From the NCBI GenBank assembly GCA_040768745.1, contig JAXGMI010000002.1, positions 1 to 64,000 on the forward strand: DNA of 64,000 nucleotides. The letters run 5' to 3'. Both the position numbers and the translations under genes were made by a program. The DNA is from Desulfomicrobium sp. Lineage in GTDB: Bacteria > Desulfobacterota > Desulfovibrionia > Desulfovibrionales > Desulfomicrobiaceae. Positions within the stretch are counted from its first letter, which is position 1; every line of letters begins with the position of its first letter. Shown here piece by piece: positions 39,217 to 48,362 of the stretch. A model generated the notes under the pieces. It was not told the origin of the DNA. It saw only the letters and a program-made list of their open reading frames with translations, and ran no database searches.

Positions 39217-39678
39217 TTAGGTCCAGTATTGGAAGCAGATGGTGAGCTTCTCGATGGTGTTCTCGGTGTTGCCGCCCTCGAGCTCGTCGTATTCGAGCGC
39301 CTTCACCCAGGCCCCGTGCAGGGTCCAGCGGCGGGTCTCGTTGCCGGTGCGGTCGTAGCGGACAACGTCGATGTCGCGCATGTAGTCGGCCGGAAGGCCG
39401 CCGGTGACGGCGTTCACGTCCACCTGTTTCTTGATCCATTCGCGGGCCGCCTCGTCGGAGCCGTCCTGCAGGTTGCCTTTCTCGAGGGTGATGTCCTCGA
39501 ACTTGACCCGGCCCGCCACCTTCTGGTCGAACATCGAACCGGCCGGGGCAAAGGCCACTTCCTCGAATTCGGTTTTGGGCTCCTGTCCCTTGTGGAACAG
39601 GGCCACGTCGAAGCCGTTTACCTCGATGGCGAACTGCCAGTTCTGGTAAAGGCTCTTGGGCATGTTTCCGCTTCTCAT
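39217..39678 (-). CDS. Tail tube protein (T4 gp19-like)
   Basis: KVAGRVKFEDITLEKG...RWTLHGAWV...IEKLTI. Confidence 0.88.
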   Translation of the reverse strand: MRSGNMPKSLYQNWQFAIEVNGFDVALFHKGQEPKTEFEEVAFAPAGSMFDQKVAGRVKFEDITLEKGNLQDGSDEAAREWIKKQVDVNAVTGGLPADYMRDIDVVRYDRTGNETRRWTLHGAWVKALEYDELEGGNTENTIEKLTICFQYWT

Positions 39679-39693
39679 AGCCGTGTTCTCCCG

Positions 39694-41222
39694 TTAGATG
39701 ATTTCTTTGAAGTCCGCGCCGGTGCTGGTCAGGATGAAGTTCAGCTCGATGAACTCCGCCGTCTTGGTCGGCTTGACGAACACGCGGGCCACCATTTCGT
39801 TGCGGTCGATGACCGCCGGGGTGTTGGTCTCCTCGTCGCACTGGAAGGCGAAGTCGTAGAGGCCGCCCTTGTCCTTGATGTCCTGCAGGAAGGGTTGATC
39901 AGGCGGCCGAGGGCACGCCAGGTCTGGGGATGGTTCGGCTCGAACACCACGAAGCGGGAGGATTCCGAGATGGCTTCCTCCATGAACATCATCAGGCGGC
40001 GGACGTTGATGCGGTCCACGGCCGAGGGCTGGCTCTGCAGCGTCTTCTGGCCCCAGATGTTGATGCCGGTGTCGGGGAACACGGCGATGACGTTGACCCC
40101 TTCCGGATAGAGCACATCGCGCTCGCCACGGCTGGTCTTGTAGGCCAGGGAGAGCGTGTTGAAGATGCGGCCACGGTCGATACCGGCGGGCGCGTTCCAG
40201 ACGTTGGTCTTCTGGTCGCTGCGGGCGATGCAGCCCGCCACCGCGCCGCAGGGCGGCACCAGCTTCTTGCGCGAGTTGACCGGATCGCTGATCTCCAGCC
40301 AGGGGTAGTAGAGCGCCGCGTAGGAGGAGTTGAAGGCCGCGTGGCTGTACATCCCTTGTCCCTTGCGGAAGTCGACCGCTTCGAGCGGCTCCAGATGCAT
40401 GGGCGTGTCGGCGATGAACAGCAGATCCTTGCGCCCCTCGGCATAGGCGATTCCGGCGTTGATCACCGGCACCGTGGTGACGCCGGGGACCATCAGCAGG
40501 TTCAGGGCGTCGATCTCGTCAAAGCCATAGAGGCCGGTATGCTGCGAGGGATCGCCGATGAAATCGGCATCGGCCAGATCGGTCAGCCCGTTGTCGCCGC
40601 CGCTGAGCGTGAACACGCCCAATGCCGGACGGTCGCCGGGCGTTCCCGATTGCTGCGGCCAGATCCTGGACCAGGATGAAATCCGAGCGGTCGTTGATCG
40701 CCAGCTCCACATGGTTCGGCAGCGTCTCGTCCATGCTCAGATCCTTGAACACCTCGACCACATCGCCTTTGTGCCGGACCACCAGGTTGAAATGGTTGGC
40801 CGGGTCGAGGAGCCGTCCTCGATGGAGACGGAGAGCCGGTCGCCCCAGACGCCTTCGTTCACGGCCTCGATCCGCAGGGCGTCGGCGGGCGTCGCCTCCC
40901 GGTTCTGCAGCACGATGGAAGATTTGAGCGCCGTCAGGGTGTCCCGGTCGGTGGAGTCGGTGAGATGGGCGATGCGGGTGACGTAGAGGACCGAGCCGCC
41001 GTTGTCGAAAAACGCCCGTGCGGCGTAGGCCAGATAGCTCTCGTTGATATAGGAGCCGAAACGGTTGATGAACTGCTCCCAGCTCGTCACCAGCACGGGC
41101 TTGTTGATCGGGCCTTTCTCGGCCACCCCGACCATGGCGGCCGACGAGGTCGAGATCTGCTTCACATAGAAACTGAAGTCCGTTTCCCGGGTGTAAATCC
41201 CGGGCGATAGATAGGTCGGCAT
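39694..41222 (-). CDS. Contractile tail sheath protein (frameshifted)
   Basis: YLSPGIYTRE, GVAEKGP, FFDNGG, YYPW, VWNAPAG, WGQKTL, INVRRL, FEPN, PTKTAEFI. Confidence 0.9.
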
Positions 41223-41224
41223 GG

Positions 41225-41482
41225 TTATTTCCTCCGCTTGCTGGTGGTCTTGGCCTCATCGGCTGCGGCGTCATCGGTTGCCGTGGGCTTTTCCGGCTCC
41301 GGTTCCGCGCCGCCGGTCAGGTCGGTGATGCGCACCAGGCCGCGTTTTCCGGCGGTCTTGATCTCGGCGGAGAGGTCCTTGCGGGCGATGCTCTTGCGTT
41401 CTCGCGGCCCGAGGTGAAGGGTTCCCTGGCCGGAGAGGTTGAACGTCAGGGGTTGGAACTGCAGGTTTCTGATCTCGATCAC
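41225..41482 (-). CDS. Hypothetical phage protein
   Basis: 85 aa ORF with SD, in operon. Confidence 0.55.
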   Translation of the reverse strand: MIEIRNLQFQPLTFNLSGQGTLHLGPRERKSIARKDLSAEIKTAGKRGLVRITDLTGGAEPEPEKPTATDDAAADEAKTTSKRRK

Positions 41483-41494
41483 GGTTGTTCTCCT

Positions 41495-42043
41495 TTACGG
41501 TTGAATGGTTCGTTGCTCTGTCACGTCGCCGTGAAACTGGAAGGTCCGGTCCCGGATCAGCCGACCGTCGCGCAGGTCGCCGTCGTACACCGGGCAGGAT
41601 TCGATGCGGATGCGTCCGGAGCTTTGCCGGAGGTTGGAGAGGTTCACCCGGGCCAGGCCGCCCAGAGGAACCAGTTCGGTAAGGTTCAGGCTGCCCTGGT
41701 CGGCGATGGCGATCTCCGGGTAAAGCTGGAGGAACCGCGACACCGATTCGTGAAAACCGAGCAGTTCGGCCTCCCGGTCCACGGTCACCACCAGGTCGAA
41801 ATCGAGGTGATAGAGACGGGGAAACCGGCACTCCTCGAAACTCAGCTCCGCGACATTCTTCTCGAACAGGCGGCTCTGGCTGCGGCGGAAACGGTCTTCC
41901 GCCAGCTTCGGCCCCTGGAGGATGACGCTGGGGGTGCGCTGGACCTCGAACAGGTCATCCGGGAACACCAGCACGGTGTCCGGGTGGATGGCCTGCTTGG
42001 CCAGGCGGATCAGGGTTTCTGTGACGGTCTGTATCGTGCTCAA
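41495..42043 (-). CDS. Putative tail terminator/neck protein
   Basis: 182 aa. Assigned by position upstream of the sheath. Confidence 0.5.
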   Translation of the reverse strand: MSTIQTVTETLIRLAKQAIHPDTVLVFPDDLFEVQRTPSVILQGPKLAEDRFRRSQSRLFEKNVAELSFEECRFPRLYHLDFDLVVTVDREAELLGFHESVSRFLQLYPEIAIADQGSLNLTELVPLGGLARVNLSNLRQSSGRIRIESCPVYDGDLRDGRLIRDRTFQFHGDVTEQRTIQP

Positions 42044-42067
42044 GGGACGCCTCCGTTTTCTGCCTGG

Positions 42068-42099
42068 TTACTTACCGGAAGCGCTGGCGATGTGTCGGA
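42068..42099 (-). promoter_or_regulatory. Late-promoter-like motif copy
   Basis: ttacttaccgga-N13-tgtcgga upstream of 42043. Confidence 0.7.
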
Positions 42100-42102
42100 G
42101 GC

Positions 42103-42587
42103 TCAAAGCGCGGAGCGGATCGCCTCGCGATAGTTCTGGAGGATCTGCTCGCGGTACTTCTCCATCACCGGATGCAGAAAGGGTCTGGCGGGGATGATGA
42201 TGGTCGCGCCGTTCGGATGTTTGATGGTGGCCCCGTACTCCATGACGGCACCGATGTTCACCATGTCTTCCCGTCCTTGTTGACGGTGCCGCGCAGCAGG
42301 CCGACGAACGCCTTGTCGGCCATGATCTTCTGGGTGATGGCGTTGACGAGAAAGCCGGTGTCGATGAGCGCCTTGCTGGAGCCTTTGCGCTCGATGGTGC
42401 TCTCGGCGAGTTTCACGAAGGCCTGTCCGCCCGGGGCCTGGGAGCGAATCCCCCGCTGGATCTCGCGCACCAGAAAAAGGGCGTTGCGGATCGTGGCCTG
42501 ACGCAGGGCCGTGGCCAGGCGCGGCCCCATGCCGGTGGTCAGCTTGGCGCGGGCCTTGTCCCAGTCACCGGTCCGCCTAACGCCCAT
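42103..42587 (-). CDS. Virion morphogenesis / neck protein (frameshifted)
   Basis: LAESTIERKGSSKALIDTGFLVNAI...EYGA...IPARPFL. Confidence 0.7.
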
Positions 42588-42936
42588 TGAGCTTCACCAG
42601 TTGCAGGTTCTTGTGAGTGACGGTGCCGAAGAAGTGTTCTTCTTCCACACTCTGTATGCGATAGGTTTCCCTGTCTGCGGCCAGGCGGTCTTCACCCCGG
42701 ACATCGGCATCCGGAAGGACACAGGCGAGCGCGTCGATCTTGCCGCTCAGCTCCTCCGGCGGGGTTTCGTTCAGTTCGAGGGGGATGACGGAGATTTCCG
42801 TGTATTCGGCATCGTCGGTGCCGTAGAGCCGCTCGCCGGGAACCACGCGCAGGACGCGTGCGGTCTGGCCCGAGGAGAGGATCAGCCGGGCGACGTCGGC
42901 CACGGCTTCGGCGCGTTCCCGGTCATTCAACAACAT
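42577..42936 (-). CDS. Putative head closure protein
   Basis: 119 aa, assigned by position. Confidence 0.5.
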   Translation of the reverse strand: MLLNDRERAEAVADVARLILSSGQTARVLRVVPGERLYGTDDAEYTEISVIPLELNETPPEELSGKIDALACVLPDADVRGEDRLAADRETYRIQSVEEEHFFGTVTHKNLQLVKLNGR

Positions 42937-43385
42937 CGAGATCGATCCCTTGTTCGTAGATGACCGGTAAGGCCGCTCGGGGTCAGGATGTAGGCTTCCT
43001 GATCGAGCTGGGTGGCCGGACGCAGCTCGGTGAGCCGCTGCCGGTAGTCGGCGAGCAGATCGGCCTCGAGCTTGGCCCAGTGGCCGGGCTGGCCGGTTTT
43101 GTCCACCCGCTTGTCGCCGCTGGAAAAGGAGAAGGCGTTGGCGGTGGCCGAACGCATGACCTGGCAGGCGTGGATCTGCGCCATGATCACCAGGAGCTCG
43201 CGGACCTCGCCGGTGGGATCGGGGGTGATCTCTCCGGCCGTGACCGTCAGCGATTGGTCGAGGTCACGGCCGACCCGGAAAACGGCCTTCCGGACGCATC
43301 TCTCCAGAGTCTGGTCCTCGAAGAGAGATGCGCCCGGATCGGACAGGTCGAGCCGCAGGTCGGCGATCAGGTCACTCAGCAGCAC
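42927..43385 (-). CDS. Putative head-tail adaptor
   Basis: LRLDLSD...FSFSSGDKRVDK; position after the capsid genes. Confidence 0.5.
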   Translation of the reverse strand: MLLSDLIADLRLDLSDPGASLFEDQTLERCVRKAVFRVGRDLDQSLTVTAGEITPDPTGEVRELLVIMAQIHACQVMRSATANAFSFSSGDKRVDKTGQPGHWAKLEADLLADYRQRLTELRPATQLDQEAYILTPSGLTGHLRTRDRSRCC

Positions 43386-43730
43386 CTTGCAGGCCCTCCA
43401 GACGGCTCTTGAGCGCGTCGATCACCGTGCGGCGTTTCTCGGTTCCATGTAGCCTTTGAGGGTCTCCGGATTGGCTTCCTCGTTGACCTTGGAGATGGCG
43501 TCGGTGGCGGAGAGCTTGCTCAGGTCCACCGGTTCCGCGTCCTGGTCTGGCTCTGGAGGGGCGAGCGGTTCCTGCTTCGGTTTGTCGGCCATGGCCAGGC
43601 GGCCATTCTTGAGCGCCGCCTGGATCTGCTTGGTGAGGCGTTCCACCTCGACCACCTGGCCGGGCTTGAGTTTCAACCCGGCGTCGGGGATCACCAGAAC
43701 GCCGGGACGGATGTTCTTGATTCGATTCAT
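43376..43730 (-). CDS. Hypothetical head-associated protein
   Basis: ORF directly after the capsid gene; frameshift near 3' end. Confidence 0.5.
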
Positions 43731-43748
43731 CTCACGTCACCTCCCGGA

Positions 43749-44609
43749 TTACGGAACCAGTTTGACGGCCATGATGTCGGGGCGGGTAATGCCCTGACCG
43801 ATCTCGGACCACACCAGCCAGCCGGTCTTGAAGCGGGTCTTCTGGTCGATGGACTCCGTCTTCAGGTTTTCGCGCACCGGCATCTTTCCGACCTCTTCAT
43901 CCGGGACGATGATGATCTCGTCCAGCGGCATGGAGGCGGTCAGCAGAATGCCGCCGGTGCCGTAGTTCTTGATGACACCCTTCTGGCGCAGCTCGAGCTT
44001 GGTCTGGGGATCGAGGTTCCAGCCGCGCATGTCGTTGAACCGGCGGCCGCGCATGACGATGTACTTCACCGACAGCTCCAGGTCCTCGATGATCGAGATG
44101 GCCTCGTTCAGCGCCTCTTCGGTGAGCAGGTCGCCGGTGACCTCGATGGTGTTGGTCGCCGGGATGGCCGAGGAGAGCACCGAGATGGTGCGGCGGTCCA
44201 TCTCCTTGCGGATGGCGTCGGCGGCGCTGGTCTGGATGTCCATCAGCGTGCCGATGTTGCCGTTCTTGAGGACGGAAACGTCCACCATCGGATTGGAGTG
44301 GATGCGGTTGGTGGGGAACTCGACCTCGTCCTTGCCCACCTCCTGCTCCTGGGCGTCGCCGTCCTTGCTGATCCAGTGGGCCTTGACGGTCGGTTTCTTC
44401 TGGTAGACCGGACGTTCGCCCTTGGGCAGCGTGTGCTTGGTGAGCAGCAGCGAGGAGATCTCCTTGCGCTTGATCTCCTGTTCGATGGGCGCGGCGATGG
44501 CGGCGGCAAGCGCCCGCATGCCTTCGGGCGACTCGAGAGCCTCGCTCATGAGCCGCGCCATGGTTTCCATGTATTCCTGGGAATGGATCTTCAACTGATT
44601 GGTTTTCAT
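43749..44609 (-). CDS. Major capsid protein (HK97-fold, inferred)
   Basis: 286 aa, located after scaffold and decoration genes, with a C-terminal GWLVWSEIGQGITRP. Confidence 0.7.
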   Translation of the reverse strand: MKTNQLKIHSQEYMETMARLMSEALESPEGMRALAAAIAAPIEQEIKRKEISSLLLTKHTLPKGERPVYQKKPTVKAHWISKDGDAQEQEVGKDEVEFPTNRIHSNPMVDVSVLKNGNIGTLMDIQTSAADAIRKEMDRRTISVLSSAIPATNTIEVTGDLLTEEALNEAISIIEDLELSVKYIVMRGRRFNDMRGWNLDPQTKLELRQKGVIKNYGTGGILLTASMPLDEIIIVPDEEVGKMPVRENLKTESIDQKTRFKTGWLVWSEIGQGITRPDIMAVKLVP

Positions 44610-44627
44610 GTGCGTTGGCTCCTTGGG

Positions 44628-44989
44628 TTAGACGAGCAGGCGGAATTTGAGGACGCCGCTCTGTACGGAAATGGCGTGGGCGACGACGTGCTCTCCGGCC
44701 GCGACGCCGTTGGTCAGGCGACCGCCCGCCGAAACTTTCAGGTCGTCTCCGGCGACGACGGTCCTTCGAAAACGTCGGTCTCGTAGACGCCGCCGTCGCA
44801 GTAGATGCCGGGCATTTCGCCACCGGCGTAGTCCTTGATCAGGATGCCGAAGGAGCGCTTGGTGGGATCGGTGTTGACGGCGAACAGGTCGTCGCCGACC
44901 ACGCGGACCACCTGGCCGAGCTGGCCGTCGCCCTGGATGTGGCCGTCGCCATAGGCGAGGCTGCGGTGACACGGATTGATGAATGACAT
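44628..44989 (-). CDS. Capsid decoration/cement-like protein (frameshifted)
   Basis: Small Gly-rich ORF immediately before the capsid gene (GDDLKVSAGGRL). Confidence 0.5.
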
Positions 44990-45001
44990 GGTGTTTCCTC
45001 C

Positions 45002-47401
45002 TTATGCGTTGATTTGCGAGTGTTCGGGAGAGTCCTCGCCGACACGGTTGCGGTAAGCGGCCATGAACCCGTCGCGCAGACGGTCCTCGAGCGACACCTT
45101 GCGGTCGTCCACATCGTGGGGCCGGACACCGGCGTCGCTGCGCAGCGGGGTTTCCGTCGATGCCTTGGCGGCGGGCTTGCCGCCCTGGTCGCTGTCGGCG
45201 GGTTTCTCTTCCTTGTCCTTGTCCGCTTTGGCCGACTTGGGCAGGCGCTCGTAAGCGGCCTCGGTGGCGGCGAAGGCTTCGTCGGACAGTTCGGCCAGGC
45301 GTTTCAGCTCGGCTTCCCGGTCCTCCTCGGAAGCGAAGGAGAGCCCCTGCTTCTCCAGCCGGGTGAGCAGCTTCTTGGCGCGGGAGCGGCAGGCGGCCGC
45401 CTTTTGTTCGGCTTCCAGTTCCTGGACGCGTTTCTGCAGCTCGGCGACCTGGGCCTTGAGCTGCCGGTTTTCCTTTTCCAGGTCGGTAACGCGGGCAGGA
45501 TCGCCTTCCTGCTGGGCCGGTTTCTTCTTGGCCGCTTCGACGGCCGGGTCATCGGTGGGTTTGGTTTTGTCTTCCATCGTGGAATCTCCTTCGGGTTGGG
45601 ATTGGTCGGGCTGGCTCTGAAGGGACGCCACCTGCAGAATCCTGGCGTTCTCGTCCGCGCCTTTGCGGTCGAGCAGTCCCAGTCCGGTGAAAGTGACGCC
45701 GTGCAGAATCTCGAAAACGGGTTGGCCATTGAAATCACGGCCCTTGAATTTGCGCAGGTGGGTGCAGTAGTCGGCCTTGTTCTGGAAGCGCTTGTGGCAG
45801 ACCGAGCATTCGCCTTCCTGGTAGTCGCACTCCATGGAGACCTGGGAGATGATCCCGCGCTTCATCAGCTTGTAGGCCAGCCGGGCGGCCGGGGTGTCGT
45901 GGACGTACAGCTCGCCGACGCATTCCACGCGGCCGCCGTTGTCGTCCTCCAGGTAGTCGGCGGCGACGATGCCACCGACGATGTCGTTGAACTCCTGCGA
46001 ATGCTGCAGATCGACCTTCTTGTTCACGGCCGTCATGTGCCGACCGGACAACTCCTCGGCGGTGAAGTGGTCGCCGTTCTTGTTGGTGCCGGTGCGGCAG
46101 AGCACGAAGCTGAACTGGGGGTCGCCCGCCGAGCCGACATCCATGGCCTCGGTCGCGAGGCGTTCGCCATCGCCCAGCCGGATGTCCACGGGGATGCTGG
46201 TGTGGAAGTTCGCGGCGGCGGCCATCGGAACGGGTTTCTCCTCCCGCTCGGCGCTGGCCTTGGCCCCGGGAGCGCAGACGAACAGACGCTCCTTGGCGTT
46301 GGAAGCCTCGCCGTGCTTGGAGGTGATGGCGTAGTGGTGATCCTTGGACTTCATCCGGCTCTGCTTGCCGAAGGAGCCGATGATCCGCTTCATCTCCTGC
46401 TCGTTGGGATAGGCGTGATCGCGGTAGGAGATCAGCCAGTGCGGGATGTGCTTGGCGTTGCCGAGAAAGGTCTGGAAGAACTCGCTGGCGTTGGCCTTGG
46501 TGACGGTCTTGTGGTCGGTCTCGTAATACTTGACCTTGGTGTCGGCCTTGATTTCGAGCCCTTCCCAATAGGTCATGAGCCCCTCCACGAAGTGGTAGGC
46601 CCGCTCGTAGTTGGTGGTCGAAAACTCGGTGGCGTAGGGCGGATCGAAGTAGGCCAGATCCGCCTTGGCTTTCGGCAGCAGGTCGTTGATGTCCTGCCGG
46701 TATGCCTTGTTCTCCTTGTCGTTGTCGAAGACCAGGGCGTTGATGCGCTGCAGGTTCTTGCGCAGACGATCCTTGAACTCGTCGGGGGTGTCCTGGCGGC
46801 GGCCATAATCGGTGGACGACGAGAAGTGGCCGAAGCCGCCCTTGCCGCTCATGCAGGTCTTGCCGAGGCCGAACAGGGCGATGTCTTTCTTGAAGCCGGA
46901 GAGCTTGTCGCAGTTGGCGCGGATGGTGTCGATCAGCGCATGGACGCCCTTGGCGAAGAAGATGCCCTTGAAGTTGTCCTGAACGAAGCTGCCCGCCTTG
47001 GCGTTGTCGGCCAGGAGCGCCTCGATCTCGTCCTCGCTCAGGCGAACCGAGTTGTTCTCGATGATCGCCTTGGCGGCGTGGTGGCAGTAGCGGAGCCGGT
47101 CGTTGGCGATGACCTGGAGGCCCTTGGTCTTGTACATGTAGGCCACGACCGCAGACCCCGAAAAGGCGTCCAGCACGGTGCCAGTGCCTTCCGGGGTATG
47201 CTTCCAGATCCAGTCGACGAGCTTCTGCTTACTGCCGATGTAGTTGGTGATGTACTTGGGGCGCTTCTCGGGAGGGAGCTCTTCAGGAGCGGACTGTTCG
47301 GCGGCCTCGGTCCCGAGCGCATCGGGATCGAGAGTCAGCGCCGCATCGGCCTCCAGTAGAAACGCCAGCCTTTCCAGGTCTGTGGCGAACAGTTCCATCA
47401 A
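45002..47401 (-). CDS. N6-adenine DNA methyltransferase fused to prohead-protease-like and scaffold-like domains
   Basis: NYIGSKQKL, LDAFSGS, YFDPPY; then NKNGDHF...DLQH...VSMEC...FTGLGLLDRKGAD; then a coiled coil. Confidence 0.75.
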   Translation of the reverse strand: MMELFATDLERLAFLLEADAALTLDPDALGTEAAEQSAPEELPPEKRPKYITNYIGSKQKLVDWIWKHTPEGTGTVLDAFSGSAVVAYMYKTKGLQVIANDRLRYCHHAAKAIIENNSVRLSEDEIEALLADNAKAGSFVQDNFKGIFFAKGVHALIDTIRANCDKLSGFKKDIALFGLGKTCMSGKGGFGHFSSSTDYGRRQDTPDEFKDRLRKNLQRINALVFDNDKENKAYRQDINDLLPKAKADLAYFDPPYATEFSTTNYERAYHFVEGLMTYWEGLEIKADTKVKYYETDHKTVTKANASEFFQTFLGNAKHIPHWLISYRDHAYPNEQEMKRIIGSFGKQSRMKSKDHHYAITSKHGEASNAKERLFVCAPGAKASAEREEKPVPMAAAANFHTSIPVDIRLGDGERLATEAMDVGSAGDPQFSFVLCRTGTNKNGDHFTAEELSGRHMTAVNKKVDLQHSQEFNDIVGGIVAADYLEDDNGGRVECVGELYVHDTPAARLAYKLMKRGIISQVSMECDYQEGECSVCHKRFQNKADYCTHLRKFKGRDFNGQPVFEILHGVTFTGLGLLDRKGADENARILQVASLQSQPDQSQPEGDSTMEDKTKPTDDPAVEAAKKKPAQQEGDPARVTDLEKENRQLKAQVAELQKRVQELEAEQKAAACRSRAKKLLTRLEKQGLSFASEEDREAELKRLAELSDEAFAATEAAYERLPKSAKADKDKEEKPADSDQGGKPAAKASTETPLRSDAGVRPHDVDDRKVSLEDRLRDGFMAAYRNRVGEDSPEHSQINA

Positions 47402-47454
47402 CGTCTCCGGTCAGTTTGCTGTGCTCTCCGCGACCTGCGGGGAGCGTTCAGCGG

Positions 47455-47486
47455 TTACTTACCGGAAGCGTCGGCGATGTGTCGGA
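47455..47486 (-). promoter_or_regulatory. Late-promoter-like motif copy
   Basis: ttacttaccgga-N13-tgtcgga upstream of 47401. Confidence 0.7.
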
Positions 47487-47501
47487 GGGTGACGGCGAAT
47501 T

Positions 47502-47855
47502 TCAGCGGGCGGGGTTCAGCCGGGCCAGAACGGCCTTGCCGCAGGCGTCGAGGGAGGGGTATTCGTCGCTCTCGGTGATCTCGGAAAAGACCCCGTCATA
47601 GGGGGAGCGGGACAGCCGGTGGTATTCGAGAAAATCCGCCGGAAGCGAGGTGGCCCCGGCCTCGACCAGACGGTTGACCACCCAGGCGGCCTCGTCCTTG
47701 CGGTCGGCAAGCCCGTTCGGCCCCCGGTCGAGGTAGTACATCTCCACATCCAGACCGGGACCCGGCCCCTGAACCCAGACGCCCACGGGCACGTATTCCG
47801 GGGCGGTGGCTTGCCGGTCGGCGATTATCGAGTCGATCATATAGCGCAGTTTCAT
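47502..47855 (-). CDS. Hypothetical protein downstream of MuF
   Basis: 117 aa, translationally coupled. Confidence 0.55.
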   Translation of the reverse strand: MKLRYMIDSIIADRQATAPEYVPVGVWVQGPGPGLDVEMYYLDRGPNGLADRKDEAAWVVNRLVEAGATSLPADFLEYHRLSRSPYDGVFSEITESDEYPSLDACGKAVLARLNPAR

Positions 47856-48362
47856 GACCAGTCCTCCGCGATCCGGAGATGCTCGCCAGAAGCTGGGCGT
47901 CGATCCGGTGGAATCTTTCGGCGTTTTTCTGGCGGTAGGCGATCCAGCGTTGCCAGTCCGCCGCGAGTTCGGGCTCCGAGACCGGCTCGATCATTTCGAC
48001 ATGGTGAATCCGGCCCAGATCGTCGGTCAGCTCGACAATCAGCCAGCCTTCGGCCTCCTTGCCGTCATGTTCGGCGTCAGGGTGTCTTCGACCCGGACAT
48101 CGACCACCTTGATGGTGTGGGCGTGCTGAAAGCCCTCGTCGTAACCGAGCGCCTTCCACAACAGCCAGAAATCGGTGCGCAGATGGTTGCCAGCGGTGTC
48201 GAAATGGGGTGCGATCCGGGTGACGGTGAAGCTGTCCACCAGGGTATCCAGAAAGAGATCCCCGGATTCCCTGACGGTCATGCGGCTGCCCCGGTTGTTG
48301 AACCAGTGCAGCGCTTCCTGCAGCCGCCGTTTCTCCTGTTCGATAAAGTCCTTCATGGTCAT
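47852..48362 (-). CDS. Hypothetical protein downstream of MuF (frameshifted)
   Basis: ORFs 48039-48362 and the C-terminal part of 47596-48159. Confidence 0.5.

Noticed and set aside
17053..42043. Stand-alone extracellular contractile injection system or T6SS
   Set aside because: Tail genes resemble CIS parts (PAAR, gp25, LysM, gp19 tube), but terminase, portal and capsid genes are contiguous, so this is a myovirus-type phage.
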